DNA of 64,000 nucleotides, from the NCBI GenBank assembly GCA_973895155.1, contig OZ316899.1, positions 6,141,241 through 6,205,240 of the forward strand, read 5' to 3'. The DNA is from Marsupella aquatica. Taxonomy: Eukaryota > Plantae > Marchantiophyta. Under the pieces are notes generated by a model. It was not told where the DNA came from. It was given only the letters and a program-made list of their open reading frames with translations, and made no database searches. Below are positions 1-13,600 of the stretch, piece after piece. A program made the position numbers and the translations under genes. Every line of letters begins with the position of its first letter. Position 1 is the first letter of the stretch.

Positions 1-2188
1 AGAACAAAGCACCTGACTGTTCGCTTTACACAGGTTTCATCCTCTGCCAAATAGCAAGGTATAGGCCCTGATATGTTCAGTCAAGTATTGATTTGTGAGT
101 ACACCTCAGCAATAAACTGGAACTGCTCAGCATGGACACCAACTCGAAATACTATCATACCTCTCTTGTCTCATTGTAGGGTGTTTAGACTAGGGCCTAT
201 TCCATTACTCGCAAGGCAATCAACAACGCGCCGACCACCATGCAAGAATAGTGTCTGGCACAAAAGCTTTGTTCCTGGCTTAAACCTATATCCCTCCTTG
301 CTCTTGTTTAGGTTAGAAGCTATGTCTGATAACATATCCCATAGAGCACCTCTTCCACCGAATGCACCATTTTTATGTGCCAAAACTATGGATTGGAAAA
401 ACTTGAACACTGCCACTTTATTAGGCTCTTGATAGTGAAGACACACTTCACTGATACTTGGGATCCGAAACTTCATCTTTACCACTTTATGAAAAAGCAT
501 TCTCTCTGTTCTCTGCATAGTCAACATCCATTTCTTGTATGTCCTGGCTTGAATGTGCAGCTTAGAAACTGTTAAGTAACCTATCCGACGACCCTTACCA
601 GTCCCTCTTATCCCTCTTTTCTCAGGCGCCTTGAACTCTCTACGCACTCGTGCTCGAAAGTCCTCCTCCTTGGTAATGCTAAAACACTTCTCACATGTTA
701 GGTCTTCAAAGCCAAGCCCTTCATCTGATACCCTACTACAGTCAGAATGTTGAAATGTACCAATGATGGTACAAAGCTTACCACTATCCACACACAAGAC
801 CTCTTGGTTCACAATAGGCTCTGTGGACCACACTGCTCCATTTCTTAAGGGATCATCTAACATTCCCTTGATTGGCCTAGTCTGACCACCAACCTTGACC
901 ACATCACGCCATAGTCCCCAACACAGCAATGAAAAGGGTTCAATGGTACCTCTATCCGAACTGCTCGAGGCACCTGGATTCGACCTCCGGGTCAAAAACC
1001 CGTTGATTGTCCTTTGTTTCACATCCCTCCCATCTGCAGTACGGGGTCTTCCCGACCGTCCTGACAGTACAGGATCACCTCTCGCAGACTTCTGACTTCT
1101 TGCCACATAAGTAACATGACCACCACTGTCAATATGGGTTTGAAGGTTGGATTCCAAATTATGTTGCTTTGGGACCAATGTAAGAGTGTCTATATAAAAA
1201 TTGCAGAGAATTTTGAATTTCAGAAGCTGCAAGGGCTCCTTCTCCTGATCACCTATGACTATAAATGTCTCCCGCCCAACCAAGACTCTTTGTGAATCAT
1301 TGGCCTTCTCGACAATTTTCAAATGTTGCTCAAGTGTGGCTCTATCAGTCAATGTATTTGCTTGAGCCCTCCTGGCAATCTTGTTAGTGTCAACTTGCTC
1401 ACCCCTGTTCTGTGCCACATGAGATACATGCTTTGCTGAACGCAAGTGCTTGCTCTTGTAGTTGGTGAAGGCATTACTAATGGTAGTCCTATCCATCAAT
1501 CCCTTGGCGCACCCATCCTGACGAGTGTCACACTCTAAACATTCAAGTTGCCCACGGACCTGGTTGTCTTTGTCCCATGTGCTGGCCCTCCATTTGTGGT
1601 GACCACATTTAATGAACTCCATGTGACTCTTCAATTTTTCCACATTTGACAACCAGATTTGTTTGACCTCTTTTGTCATTAACTCTGACTCAAACCTAAT
1701 GTGGGGGTCAACCTCTTGCACTGGTGCTACAATAGGATGTGGTTCTACCTGTTCTACGTGGATCCCGGCTAGGATGTCACGCTGAACCTGGTCTACCTGG
1801 ATCCCGACCTGGATATGAGGTTCTTCAGTAATGGGAGAATTAATCCAGTCTAGACTCTCTGTCCAGGTCGGTCCATTAGAGGCATTGCTGCTCACTAGGA
1901 CTTGTGGCACCCCTGTAGGCCCATTACGGACAGGATCATTCATAGGTCCGTTGGTGACCGGATGACAATGATCTTTCCGCCACAATCTTCCAACCGATTG
2001 ACCTTCTCCCATTTCTCTAGCATTCTACAGACAAGACTGACATCAATAAATTGGATGTCATAATCAAACAGTGTACCCAACTTCTTCCTGGCATCTGCGA
2101 ATGTTTTGCCATCCTTGTAACTATACGATGACACAGGAACCCAATCCCCAGACACTGTGTCTACTTCAAAAATCTGGACTGACGGCAT
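1..2188 (-). pseudogene. Putative P-element/THAP9-like DDE transposase, N-terminal part; runs off the window start
   Basis: ORF 1940-2188 shifts frame into the 613-aa ORF 171-2012, which has CxxC...HxxxxxH zinc-finger-like motifs. The frame continues past two TGA codons (likely from CGA) as ...GYRFKPGTKLLCQTLFLHGGRRVVDCLASNGIGPSLNTLQ*DKRG...ISGPIPCYLAEDETCVKRTVR. This resembles the G.R[YF]...PS..TL and hydrophobic-D-E region of P-like transposases. Confidence 0.55.
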
Positions 2189-2348
2189 CCTCTAACACCT
2201 CTGATTCCCTAAGCACCACTCATAGGTTGGCCTGCAAAGATTTCATAATACAAAAAACCATCAACGCCACCCACCTCTTATCATCCTAAGTATATTTATA
2301 CACTAACAATACACCACGGACTTGTAAACAAGTCTGTACCCAATATAA

Positions 2349-5300
2349 TTATAAACATACTCCAAAGACTTCCATGATTGACAAAAATGATAGACAGTTT
2401 CCATGATTGCACAGTCCAACAGTGGCTCTTACTACTAACAAACATTGGGTATGTCTGTCTGGTGAAGGATGACCCCAGGTTGACATACCTTGATTAAGAC
2501 TACATTTGCAAAAAACTATCTTGTTTCTACTAGTCCTCGCCATCACTCTCCCAATCAGTATCTTCATAGTGTGGCTGCCTTCTTTCAGTCTTTCTAAGAG
2601 GCCATAGGGGTACATGATTCACCCTATGAGAATAAGTAAACAGCCAATGAAATTCAACTTCCGCGCTAACGGGATGAACTACTGCAACCGAATATCTGCA
2701 TGATGGAATGTCACAACAGGCATGGGTGCAGCACATACACACCTCCCCATTTGCCATTAAACTAGTCCAAAGACCACAATAAAAAATGACAGGGAGAAAC
2801 CTACAGACAGGTCGGGGGCATTTTCCTTGTCCGATAGGAATACAATTTCCCACCGGTGTCCACAAAAAATTCAGTGCCAAGAGGATCCAAGAGGTCATCA
2901 ATGACCTCCTGGATCTCATCAAATGTTGCCCGTCTATTAGCTGCATAGAAGTGTGGTTCAAACAACAGATTGTCATCAACTACATGACAACAGTGAAGAA
3001 TTAGCTTCTTCACGGCACCTATCTTGAGTAGGAGTAAAATAATACTTCTACTGTAACTACAGTATCGATCCCAATAGATGTAAATCATCCACTCCTCTTC
3101 ATCAAGAAAAAAGTGATATAAATTCAAGTCCCATGGCTTACAAATGATGTCAATGATACGCATAACAAGGCTGGAATCAAGCCTCTTAGCTCTTCCAAGA
3201 GGTTTCCTCTGCCATAATGATGAGGCTCTATCCATGGGACATATTGGTGGTTCTCCAACATTGCCTATTCAAAACAGGAAAATTCCTCATGTGAGTTGAA
3301 GTCCGTGAAGTGGTTTGATTTGTCTGAATTCATGGTTTTTCCTTACGCAACAAACTTGAAAGGAATATATAAATTGATTGTAGTGAAATAGACCTAAACC
3401 ACTACACTCCTGGAGACCACATCCACTGGACCAATCCCACAAGGGCCTTGCCCCATCTCGGCCATTTCTCGTGGGGTTGGCTTGTGTAAGATCCTTGCAG
3501 CTTTCTCCTTTCGGGTGGGAAGGGAGGTACCCTTTGCATGCAAAGACTCCAGATTCTGCATAAGCACAAGAAAGTATGGGATTTGCACATGGCCATAAAA
3601 GCTTGTCCCAACAAATCTTGTCCCAATAAGATTGTCCCATATATGTGCTTGGTCCATGTGCAGTCGGGGCTAGGCCCATCACTCCAATCTCTCTCCTCCA
3701 AGATTGTATCATGGCTCTATGATTGACTTGTTTTCTTCTATAGTGACTTGTTCTTGACTCGACAACACCAGCAGAACCAAGTAAAAAGCCCGGACCACCC
3801 AAACCCTGATGGACTTGGCTCTATTCTCTCATGCCAACGCACATGGTTGTGGATAGTCCCCACTGCAAGACAATCATACCCACATTGTAAATTTCTGTCC
3901 AAGTCAGCCCAGAAGCATATAAATCTATATGGAATGCATTTGATGCCCTTCCTCTTGTTCAATAGAATGTATGAGGGTTGATCATCATTGTTTCTACATT
4001 TGAGAAACTCAGATCATTTTCATTGATGCTACCATACTTATATGTTGCTGAGATGTTTAAACAAAACTAAGCATGTGCAAGAATCACAACGCTTCATACA
4101 AAATTGCCTATCAATGAGGCTGAGTACACAATTCTACCACAATTGCTAGACAAAAGCCTGCACATATATACCTAATCAACTACTCTGTTTCCACATTGAC
4201 ATTCCGCCAGTGACTTGGCTAGACACACCCATGGCGGAACACGCTCAACTAACCCTAACACAACCGGGTCACTGTTCCAGAGTTGGTAGACGTGCCAAGA
4301 GTGCAATCTAAGAAAATTCTCACGGACTTTGACATCCGCATCTCGTTGGACATCACATACTGGACACCTCTTGTCCAAAGGATGGATACAACCTGCAAAA
4401 ACAGTGTACTTGGTGCCATCCCTAGTACACGCTAAAACAATAGAAGTCGGCTCCAAAAAATCTGCCCAGGCTGAGCGTTGTGTGAGCAAATTTGGACGTT
4501 CAGAGCCAAAATAAATTGCAAGAGGGTCTTTCCCTCTAATCATGCCCAAGTCTTGCAGCCTAATGCGCAACCTGACTGCCTTCTCGTATAGACTGCCTTC
4601 TCGTATAGAAGACCTACAGAATGGCTCCAAGTAGTTACCATTTCTGCCAACCACCGTCTCACCAACCCCACAGAATGAAGACTGCACGACTTCAATGAAA
4701 GAGCTTCCCCTGCAAAGGAATTACATTTGGAATGTAAGGTAAGGATTGACTTTAATTAACAAGAAATGCAAACCTGCAGGTATGCATTCAAGGCATTGAC
4801 AAGCTCCAATGACATGCACTCATTTCAGCAACAAACAAAGCGATGGAAATGAGAGAACCTAAACTTGTCAGCTATATCTTCCCTAAAGCAATAATCGGTG
4901 ACTTACTTGCACACAGGCTCGACCTCAAATTGATGGTGGTGCCAATTAATCTGAAGTGCCACCCATACAGCAACTGACAACTTTCAAAGTATGCAAGGTC
5001 TTTGAACTCCCTGCGGCCTCCCTGCATGAAATTCCACTAAGTTGTCAACCATTGTCCAAGGCATCCGAGGCCATATCGAGGGCCATATCTCAAATGCAAT
5101 AGCCTAAGACAATTGTGTAGGTATAGGTGGAGATAACTATAGATACCTTTCCTTGGCAGGACTCTTACTCGAGATCCTCATCCTTGGTTTGATGCCAATG
5201 ACAGAACAAGTGGTCCAAGGGTCAACCAAGGGCAAATGTTTGGGGGTGCGGCCTGCAATGAACAGACATTTCATAACTGTCCAATCGGGTGTCCAATAAG

Positions 5301-5760
5301 CCAAGACACTTCTGAGGGACTGCTGGCAAAAATCAAATGCTCTTGAAGGTAAGGCTCTGGTCCAAGATTTGAAAGTGCAATAAGGATCTTACCATGCGCG
5401 GTAATCGTCTTGGCCCTGGGCTTGATTAAACTTGCTTCAACCAATACGCTCTTCTTTGACTACTAAGTTTGTTGTCGCTCTCGCTTCAACTCTAGTCCTA
5501 GATCCCCGCTCAGTCTGCAAAATGTTGGGACCAAGATGGCGCTCTTGACCTAAGAAAATCAAGCTCCAGTGCATGAGCCAACGCACATCTGCAAGTTTCC
5601 GCCATATATCCCAAAATAGATCAAAGATTGTCTCCAAACCTTCTCAATCCAAGCTATGCAAGTATGAACTTCTAAGTTTATCAGAATGAGAGCGGGAGTG
5701 AGAGGCAGCGCAGCCGGGAGCTTAACCTTGAAGAGCCCACTGAGCCATAGAGTACACAAT
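2349..5760 (-). pseudogene. Cluster of degenerate unknown ORFs upstream of the P-like transposase (probable element cargo)
   Basis: Co-oriented broken frames at 2530-3235, 3290-3986 (Cys/His-rich), 4172-4687 and 5437-5760, with GT-AG intron-like segments. No family recognised. Confidence 0.3.
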
Positions 5761-6648
5761 CATTGCGCGGGACATTCCGCCATGCTTACACTAGCTAAGC
5801 TTTCTCCTTGGAAAATAAATGGATGCAAGATATCTGGGAATAAGAAAGCGCAACAAAAAGGAACAGGCAGCTAGGGATGCAAGAACAAAGAAACCAGGAT
5901 GCAAGAAGAGGTGCAACAAAGAGAACAAAAGCTTACAGAAGTGCACAATAGCAGCAAGAAGAGCCTTGGGAAGAACTCGGAATGAGTGTTCGGGCTCGCC
6001 TTGAGCTTTGGCGATGGCGAACAAGGAGCTTCAACGACCTTCAACACGGCAACAATGGGGGTAACAGCGGCCGGGGTTAGCAGCTATGGCAAAGAGGTTC
6101 AATGGAGGCCGGGCATAGAGAGCGCACACCGTTCACGCCCGAACATGGAAAAACTGTCAACACCAAAGGCGGGAATGAAACCGGCATCAAGGACAGGAAT
6201 GAACGCGGCCAAGAGACAAAGGACAAAACCCTAAATGGACCTAACCCCCCCTAAACCCTTTCAATGCTTGAGTCGGGGCTTGCGTTTGAGGTTTTGAATG
6301 AGGTTTGCCCCGATCCATTCTTGGGTGAACATACGAACCAACATACCAAACTTACCCCCCTCCTAACCCCCAGAATTATTGTACCTTAGGATAGGCACAC
6401 CCATAGAATTGGAAATATAAGACATTGCCAAGTGTTCCAATGAGACCTTGACACATGGACCACTTATACAATGACACGTGTTGCATATATTATAGGATCC
6501 CTTTGGCCAAATTAATATGCCACCCTTTTGGAAATACCCTTATTTCTTATAAACCCAACTCTGTATAAAGTTGCGGGTTGGGTTCTTAGAATTGAATTAT
6601 AATTATTACTCGGATTTGGATTAAAAATACCCTTCAAGCGTGCGCACG

Positions 6649-7530
6649 TGTTCCGGGATTACGTAAGCTAAGGGCCCAGGGCCACTACGGCAGGGTAGCC
6701 AATGCCAGGAGGGATGGTACAAAAGCAGCAGGGGTGAAACCCCCACTGGCCAAAGCCGGGCAGGCCGAGGCCAAAGTAAGGGTGGGGCCCGGTCACGCCA
6801 AAGATAGGTTGACCCAGTCAGGAGCGGGTAACCTATCAGAGGACGGTGTCGTGCCGAATGATTTCGGCTCAGGAATGGCTTTTATAGGGGATGATGGACG
6901 AGGCCTCCCGGTTGGGTTGCATGCATGCTGACTCGGAGGGGCTACTTGGTTGGATGGATTGAGGTTTGGTGATTGGGTGACTTGTCGTCACCAGGTTTGG
7001 TGTTTGGGTGAGTCACCAGGCTTGGAGTTTGGATGAGCCTCGCTGATGGCAGCTGGCTCAGGCTGGATGGTTGGGTTTCTGATGCTACTTAAAACTTGAG
7101 CCTCGGCTCATTGAGGTGGACGGTTGTCTATTGAGGTCGGTTGAGTTACGTTATGTGAGTTTCGCTCCGTTCTGTGGGACTCGGCTATTGTGCGTTGGTT
7201 TTGAAGTTCTGAGTGAGTTTTCGATCCAGGGAAGGAGTTTTCGATCCAGGCGGGAAGTTTCTCGAGTCTGGAGTCTCGTTGATCCAGGCGGGGAAGTTTC
7301 TCGAGTCTGGATTCTCGTTGATCCAGGCGGGGAAGTTTCTTGAGTCTGGAGTCTCGTTGATCCAGGCGAGAATTTCTCGAGTCTGGAGTCTCGTTGGTCC
7401 AGGCCCGAGTTCCGTGCGAGCTGTTTTAGACTAGTGGAGTAGCTAGTTGAGTTTTGGTTTTGTGAGCTAAGGAGGATAGTTTTTCCGTCAGATTTTGAGT
7501 AGTTAGTCACTCGAGGAGTTCTACCTGACA
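6649..7530 (-). mobile_element. Probable LTR or LTR fragment
   Basis: TG at 6649 and CA at 7530, reverse-strand CCCCTATAAAAG near 6880, and an internal tandem array. No matching TSD found. Confidence 0.4.
7222..7397. repeat. ~39-bp tandem repeat, about 4 copies
   Basis: GATCCAGGCGGGGAAGTTTCTCGAGTCTGGAGTCTCGTT repeated head to tail with no spacers. Confidence 0.9.
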
Positions 7531-9453
7531 AGTTAGAGGTAGTTGCCCGCCGTAGGGCCAGCTACCAGACTCTTGCGGGCAAGCTTACTCGAGGGCACCT
7601 ATTGTAACCTTTGTGAGAAAAGTAAAAAATTAAAAGGAGTGAGAGTTCGCTCCGAAAAGTGCTTGTCACCTGTCCTGATCGCAACCAGAAGCGTGTAGTT
7701 TGCCCGAGGAGCCCCTAACTTAAAGTCCACGCGACAACGGGAAGCCTACATTGGCCGCCTAGGAAGGATTGGGGGCGTCCATTGAGGACCAACCACCAGC
7801 GTCGTGATGGTGTAAAGGGCGCCGTCCCTTTTAGAGAGGGCGGACGTGGAGGTAGGAGGCGTGAGTGGGCAGAGCGGGCGCAGACCTCTAGATTTAGGAT
7901 TAGGATCAGGACCAAGAAGCGGCCCTGACACTTAGATTAGTGGGATTGCGGATCCACTGGTAAGAGCAACACTTGTGCTCTTGCCCTGCTGTACATAGGT
8001 AGATTCCACTTAGGGGTAGGTTTGGCTTACGCAACAAGGAAATAGGGGTAGGTGCACTGTCGGGATAAATACCTGGGCAGCGGGACTAGAGGGCCTTCTT
8101 CTTAAGCAAGTTTTTAGTGCACCAGCAAGGCTCGAATCAATTAGTAAAGAGAAGCTCTTGGTTAGTTATGTTGTGACCCTTGTGTACATTCATGTTTCCT
8201 CATACCTCAGAGTTGAATAGAGTTGGCCTTCGGGCTTAGTTCACAGACCTTGTGTAGGAGAAGTACTCCTTGTATGGCAATGACATGACATGTACCTTAG
8301 TCAGTAGGAGTCATCTTTCTAATTGTGTGTCGTATCAACTTGTTTGAAGATTGCCCACATCAACCAAAGAGAGAAAGGAAGTTTAGAAGCAGGAAGAGTT
8401 GGATGTGTTGAGCTGAGAGGGATCTTAGCGGCTCCCAAGCCGATTGGGCATCATTCTGGGGGCGGAATCCAAACAGACCTGAAGGGAGACCAATAGAAGA
8501 GAGTAAGGAGAGGCATAGAGTAGGCCGGGTGCATATCTCATGACCCGGTGAAGGATCTATCCAGTATATGTGGTTAAGAAGTAGAGAGGAGATAGCAGCA
8601 TCCCATGCCAATAAACCGCGGAACCGGCCTTGGCAAGCAAGGAACCGGTGGGAATGGGCTTGTTAAGGGAGGGTTCTTGGGGTTAAAGAGCCATGGGACG
8701 CGCCACACATAGCATTTGTTTTGGCGCTAGATGGAGGGGGCACTCTGAGTTGTATTCAGATTGGAGACATGTGCGTGTGTACGTTATCACGGGACCTTGG
8801 GCCCCAGTGAGTTGTTAACTACTGTGTAAGAGTAGATGCCCGTCACGCATTCTCAAGCAACATACCTAAGGAGACTTTTGAGCAAACGTGAAAGTACATC
8901 AACAACAAGCTCGGAATCATCAGATTTGGAGGATTTGCAATCGCCTCAACGGATGAATATTCCACTAGGACCATGGGGGTCCAGTTCAGTAGGGTTTAGG
9001 GCCCGGTTGCACCCCCGCTAGTGCCTCCACAGCACCCATGCCGATAGCTCCTCCAATTGCAGCTTGTGCGGCCCCAGCTCCTCCGCAGGTATCACAAAAA
9101 TCAAGGTTCCATTACTGACCATTCAAAGGACGTCATGGGGACAATCCAGACAAATAGTTGGATGAATTTGAAGCCACTGCCAAAGCTAATGGGGAAATGC
9201 CATTAAGTTGATAGTCCTTCTAGGAGTAATGCGGGAGAAGCCCACCCATGGTACAACTCATTGCAACCCGGAATCACCTGGCCACAATTCCAGGCAACAT
9301 TGTTACAAGAGTTTTGTGCAATCAGAGCAGAGTTGCGCTCCTTGTTAAAACTTGGCCATCTTCGCATGGGGAAGAAGGAGTCCCTGCGAAAGTTCATTCA
9401 AAAGTTCCAGAAGCTCGCGGCCAAGATTTGACCCAGGCCGGGCAATGCCCTCC
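7531..9453 (+). mobile_element. Truncated Ty3/Gypsy element A (LTR part, PBS, start of gag)
   Basis: PBS at 8722. The gag remnant (FKGRHGDNPDK*LDEFEATAKANG) is homologous to 58810-59140. It ends abruptly near 9453. Confidence 0.75.
8722..8739 (+). promoter_or_regulatory. Primer-binding site, tRNA-Asn(GUU) type
   Basis: TGGCGCTAGATGGAGGGG is complementary to the recalled plant tRNA-Asn 3' end (CCCCTCCTTCTAGCGCCA) with one mismatch. Confidence 0.75.
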
Positions 9454-9729
9454 AGCTTACTCATTCCAGCCACTTCCCAAAGTCACTCAGATACTTCCCA
9501 ATGTCCAGTAGCTCTCTTGAGTAACACTCTTCCTTGAACACTAGACTCCCCATCTTTTGGTCCTCAATTGGCTCTTCTTTGAACTGTGCTTTTAGATCCA
9601 TCTCAACATCTTGGTTCTCCCCTATAGCAATGCCAACTTCTGTCGTTGTTGGATCTCACAGTTGCTTTGGGTTCCTCTCATTTCAGGTAGAACAGCCGGA
9701 AATTGAACCACCTCCTTCCCATCTTTGCT

Positions 9730-10353
9730 TCAAACCTTCACCATGAAGGTGCTGTCATCCAGAACCTTTGTCTCCATCCTCCATTCAGTAATGAATGGCA
9801 TGCCCAGTATCACTAGAAACAACAAGTGCTTGTGAACAAAAATGTTACAAGCCTGCTTGACATTCCCAAACTTTACCATCACATTCAGACATTTTCCCCA
9901 AAGATTGTCCTTCATCAAGCTCACCAAATTTACACTCCAAAGCAACTCATTGTCCACCGGCCAATTCCCCTTTTGAAACACCTTTGGATCCATCAAGTTA
10001 ATCTCTGAACCAGTATCAATGAGCGCCCGCACTTTCCCTTCCATTCCTTCTAGTTGGCACTCACTCTTTGGACATGCTCAAGCCCAGTATCCGTCTCTAT
10101 AAGCATAGCCGTTCCCTTCCATCGAGCCCATGACATGAATGGTTCGTGATTGCGCAGTAGTGCCTTCTTGCTTTTTCTCTTCAACTGGCTCCCTATTTGT
10201 CATGGACTTAGCTTCACTTTTGGTCCCCATGAGCTCTACTTCCACATCAAAGAACTCATCATCCAAGTCCACAAACTCGGAACAGGAACTCATGAACTCA
10301 TCATAGCCCATGGGCTTCCCTCTTAGGGTCTTGACCCTCTTTGGCTTTCCCAA
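9730..10353 (-). pseudogene. Retroviral-type aspartic protease of Gypsy B
   Basis: GYWARACP...KVRALIDTGSEINLM...VILGMPF. Confidence 0.85.
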
Positions 10354-10373
10354 GCCTGACTCTTTGGAGTCAT

Positions 10374-11977
10374 TGTAAACAGAGAAAATAATTAAATAGA
10401 ATTAGTAGAGAAATGTCAAATAGAAGACAACAAATCAAGTATTTATAGGGATCAGTAGTAGGTGGGAACGAGGGTGGGAATGACTTTTGTAAGATGGCTA
10501 AGGGATTAACAGTTGAAAGCGCAACAATTTTGGCCATATGGAGTAATACCGGATTAGGGTTTTGCTACAAAGGATGCGACACCAAGTTAAGTGATGGCAG
10601 AGATTGCGCTTTGGGCGTAAAAGCGAGGCAATGAAGGCAAATGGGAGAAGGACGATTGAATGTTTTCAGTAGAGATTGACTTAATACTCATATTTGCAAG
10701 CCTGTAGGAGAAGGGAAACCCATGTTTAGGTTTATGATCCGCATTAGGGAAGGAGACTGCCATGTCTGGAACAAAGCGGGGCAATAGCTCTTTTGCATGG
10801 ATGCCGAATCTTTCCAACGATAGTTGACGACCCAAAAGGCTGTTGAAGAATTTTGCAGGGGAATCATGTCATCAAAATGTAACCTGATGTTGGGACAAGA
10901 ACTTGATCAACAACAACTTAACTGCTGGAGGCTAATCGCCGCTGAACAAGTAATTGTTTTTTGAAACCTTGCGGAACCAGAAGATACATCAAATGTCCAT
11001 AACTTGACCTCAGTATTGAGAGACTTAACCATTAGCAGTTTGGAAACAATGGTTTCAACCACAAATTGCTTACAGAGATGTTCAGTGTAGTAATTCCAGT
11101 CAACAGTAGATAACGATCGGGAACAACGGATAGCGCTTTAGTAACCGCAAACAGCAGTTTAATAACCATTATGCGGTTATGTTTGATCAGTAAGTTAGAT
11201 AACCATTTTTGATAGAGTACTCGGACAGTTGGAAACCGATAGACCTTGCAGGAAGATAGTATTTAAAGTTGGCAATGGCGTATGGCAAGGTGTCACTTTT
11301 GCAATAGGAAATCTGATTGAGAGGCGAAGTCAAACTTCCCTTAAGATGATCAATAGATTTGTTTAAGTGTTCCCTACTCAAATGTGAGTAGAATTTTGAT
11401 GTTGAGAAGTAAAGAAATCATTATGGCACAACCTAGAGATTTGTTCTTGAATGAGCACATTTGCTGAGGAAGCTTACAGGAAGAGAGTGTGATTGAATGC
11501 GAGAGTAATAATTGAGAGTGAATGGATTCAGAGACTGAGAAGTATGTTAAGATGGTCATATTCCGACCGCAGGAATGAATGAGGGTCAACTCGCTCAGAG
11601 TGAGGACGTTGAGGTGTAATACATTGCGGAATTGAGTTATAGACAACTCGTAAGTAGCAAAGTCTGGCTGGAGTTTGTGTGTTTTGAGGACAACCATCTA
11701 ATTGTTATACACCTCTAGCATAACGGAGTAGTCGCGCGTTGAATTGATATTCTACTTACTAATAGCTTTTCTTGATCTACTTCATTACACATGCAATTGA
11801 TTGACTCCCTGGTGGGTGAATCGATGAGACGATTGGATCTAACCAGATCACAATCCCGAAAGCATGAGTTCTAACAACAAAGTTAAGAAGAACTACCCAC
11901 TAATTAGACTCAGACCAATTGAATTGTGGATCTGTTCAATTGGTTCGCACCTAATTACTTGTCGACTGAGAGAGGAA
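10374..11977 (-). mobile_element. Unclassified ~1.6-kb insertion inside Gypsy B (LTR-like end)
   Basis: It interrupts gag-pro between ...EAGIL and DSKESGLGK.... On the minus strand it ends CCCTATAAATA...GTTTACA. The right boundary is approximate. Confidence 0.45.
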
Positions 11978-13600
11978 AGTATGCCAGCCTCCTGCATCAA
12001 GGTGTGAGGGCCCTCTTTGTAAATGCGCTTTCTCTTGGATCTCTCCAAGATTGCTTCCTGGATCTCCCGCCTCATGCTGCCAAAGAACTCAGCATTGGTA
12101 AACCCTTGAGCCTGTTGGCTCTGGAACTTTTTAGCTACAACCTCCGGGTACATAGTCTGGTTGACATCCCTACCTAGCACCCATCCTGGATCCTTTCTGA
12201 TCGGCTTCTCCTTAGCCGGCTCTTTCCCACTTGATTTGTCATCTTTGAATATGACCTTCCTTTCCCTATCTTGCGTATCCCGCCTCTCTCGTTCCTCTGA
12301 TTGAGATGGAGTGTCATCCTCATCGGTCTTCTTCCTCTTTGACTTGACTAAAGCATCCCAACTAGCCCCAACCTTGACAGTTATCACATTGATCAGCACT
12401 GGATCACTCCATCTGGATCTCTCTCGAACCAGATTAGCCAAGCATTTGTAGAACTTGTCAGTTTCCGTCATGGGGCCATCCACCTCCACATTTAAACATT
12501 TGCTTCTAGGTGTGAAGAGGACGCCTCTTCAAATCGCTTCCCAGCTTGCTTCTCGACCAAAGCCTTCATGCCTCCCTTGTTGGAGTTGAACGGAATTGGC
12601 AAACAATATCTTCTTCTGACCAACTTCACCGATGAACTTGATCAACCCCTTATCCGTAGCTTCCCTCAGGTCCAGACACTCCCTCTTGTCATGCTCTTTG
12701 TTGTCGCACCACATGCAAGGCCAACTCTACATCTCTCGCTTCCTCTCGAGAGCACTCACAACCCTTGGCTTTGGTTTCTCAATTGCATGTGCCGCCAAAA
12801 TCTTTAGGTTTTGCATCATTTTGGCGAGATCATCCACCGCTGGTTTGATCTCTTCCTTCATTGGTTCTTGCTTCCCTTTCCTCAATGCTGGTTCCAGCGG
12901 CCTTAGGTCAAAAAGTGGTTGCCTACTTGTCCAGCTCTTGCCTCTGGTGACAATTGCTCACTTTTGACACCGCTTTCTCAACTTGGTTCCAATTGTTTGA
13001 CAAGGTAACTCTTGACGGTTCCAACAGCTCCATTGCGTTCTCAAGCTCCTCTCAAAGGTCCTTGTCGGCTGCCCTCAAGAATAGTGTCAAGCGCTGCAAC
13101 TCAATGATTCCCACATCTCTCTTCCATAACTGAGACACCCTTCTTTTGAACTCCCTTATAAGCTCTTGCAGCCCCTTAAGCTTCTTGTTCTTGTCATTCA
13201 CCCAATCCAAGAAGGTAGCCTGCATGACCCGATTAGCATCCTCCGCTTGGAACTCCTCTTTCATCTTATGATCAAAGTCTTCCCAACTCTCAGCCAAGTT
13301 AACGATGGTTCACACCGTCAAACTCAACTCCTTCTCACAACCAGCACCATGAACTCTTTCACCGCCGTCTCTTGGTCCAACTTATAGACAACGGCCTTTG
13401 TCAAGTAGGACTTCAGGTAGCTTGTCAAATTCCTCCCATCAAACTGCCCATTCTCTTTCAAAACCTCCTAGAGACACCAAGTAGTTATGTTCGCTTCCTT
13501 GTTTGCCCTTTCCGCCTCAAGCTCTTCCTTCCTTATGGCTTTCATCATTGACATGACGATACCCAAAATCCAATCGACTTTGTCATAGCCACCCATCTTG
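11978..13600 (-). pseudogene. gag: gag of Gypsy B
   Basis: ORFs 13052-13297, 12529-12714 (CCHC knuckle) and 11893-12489, with stops and frameshifts. Confidence 0.8.

Noticed and set aside
7222-7397. 39-bp repeat array as a CRISPR array
   Set aside because: Contiguous units with no unique spacers, no cas genes, and a eukaryotic LTR context.
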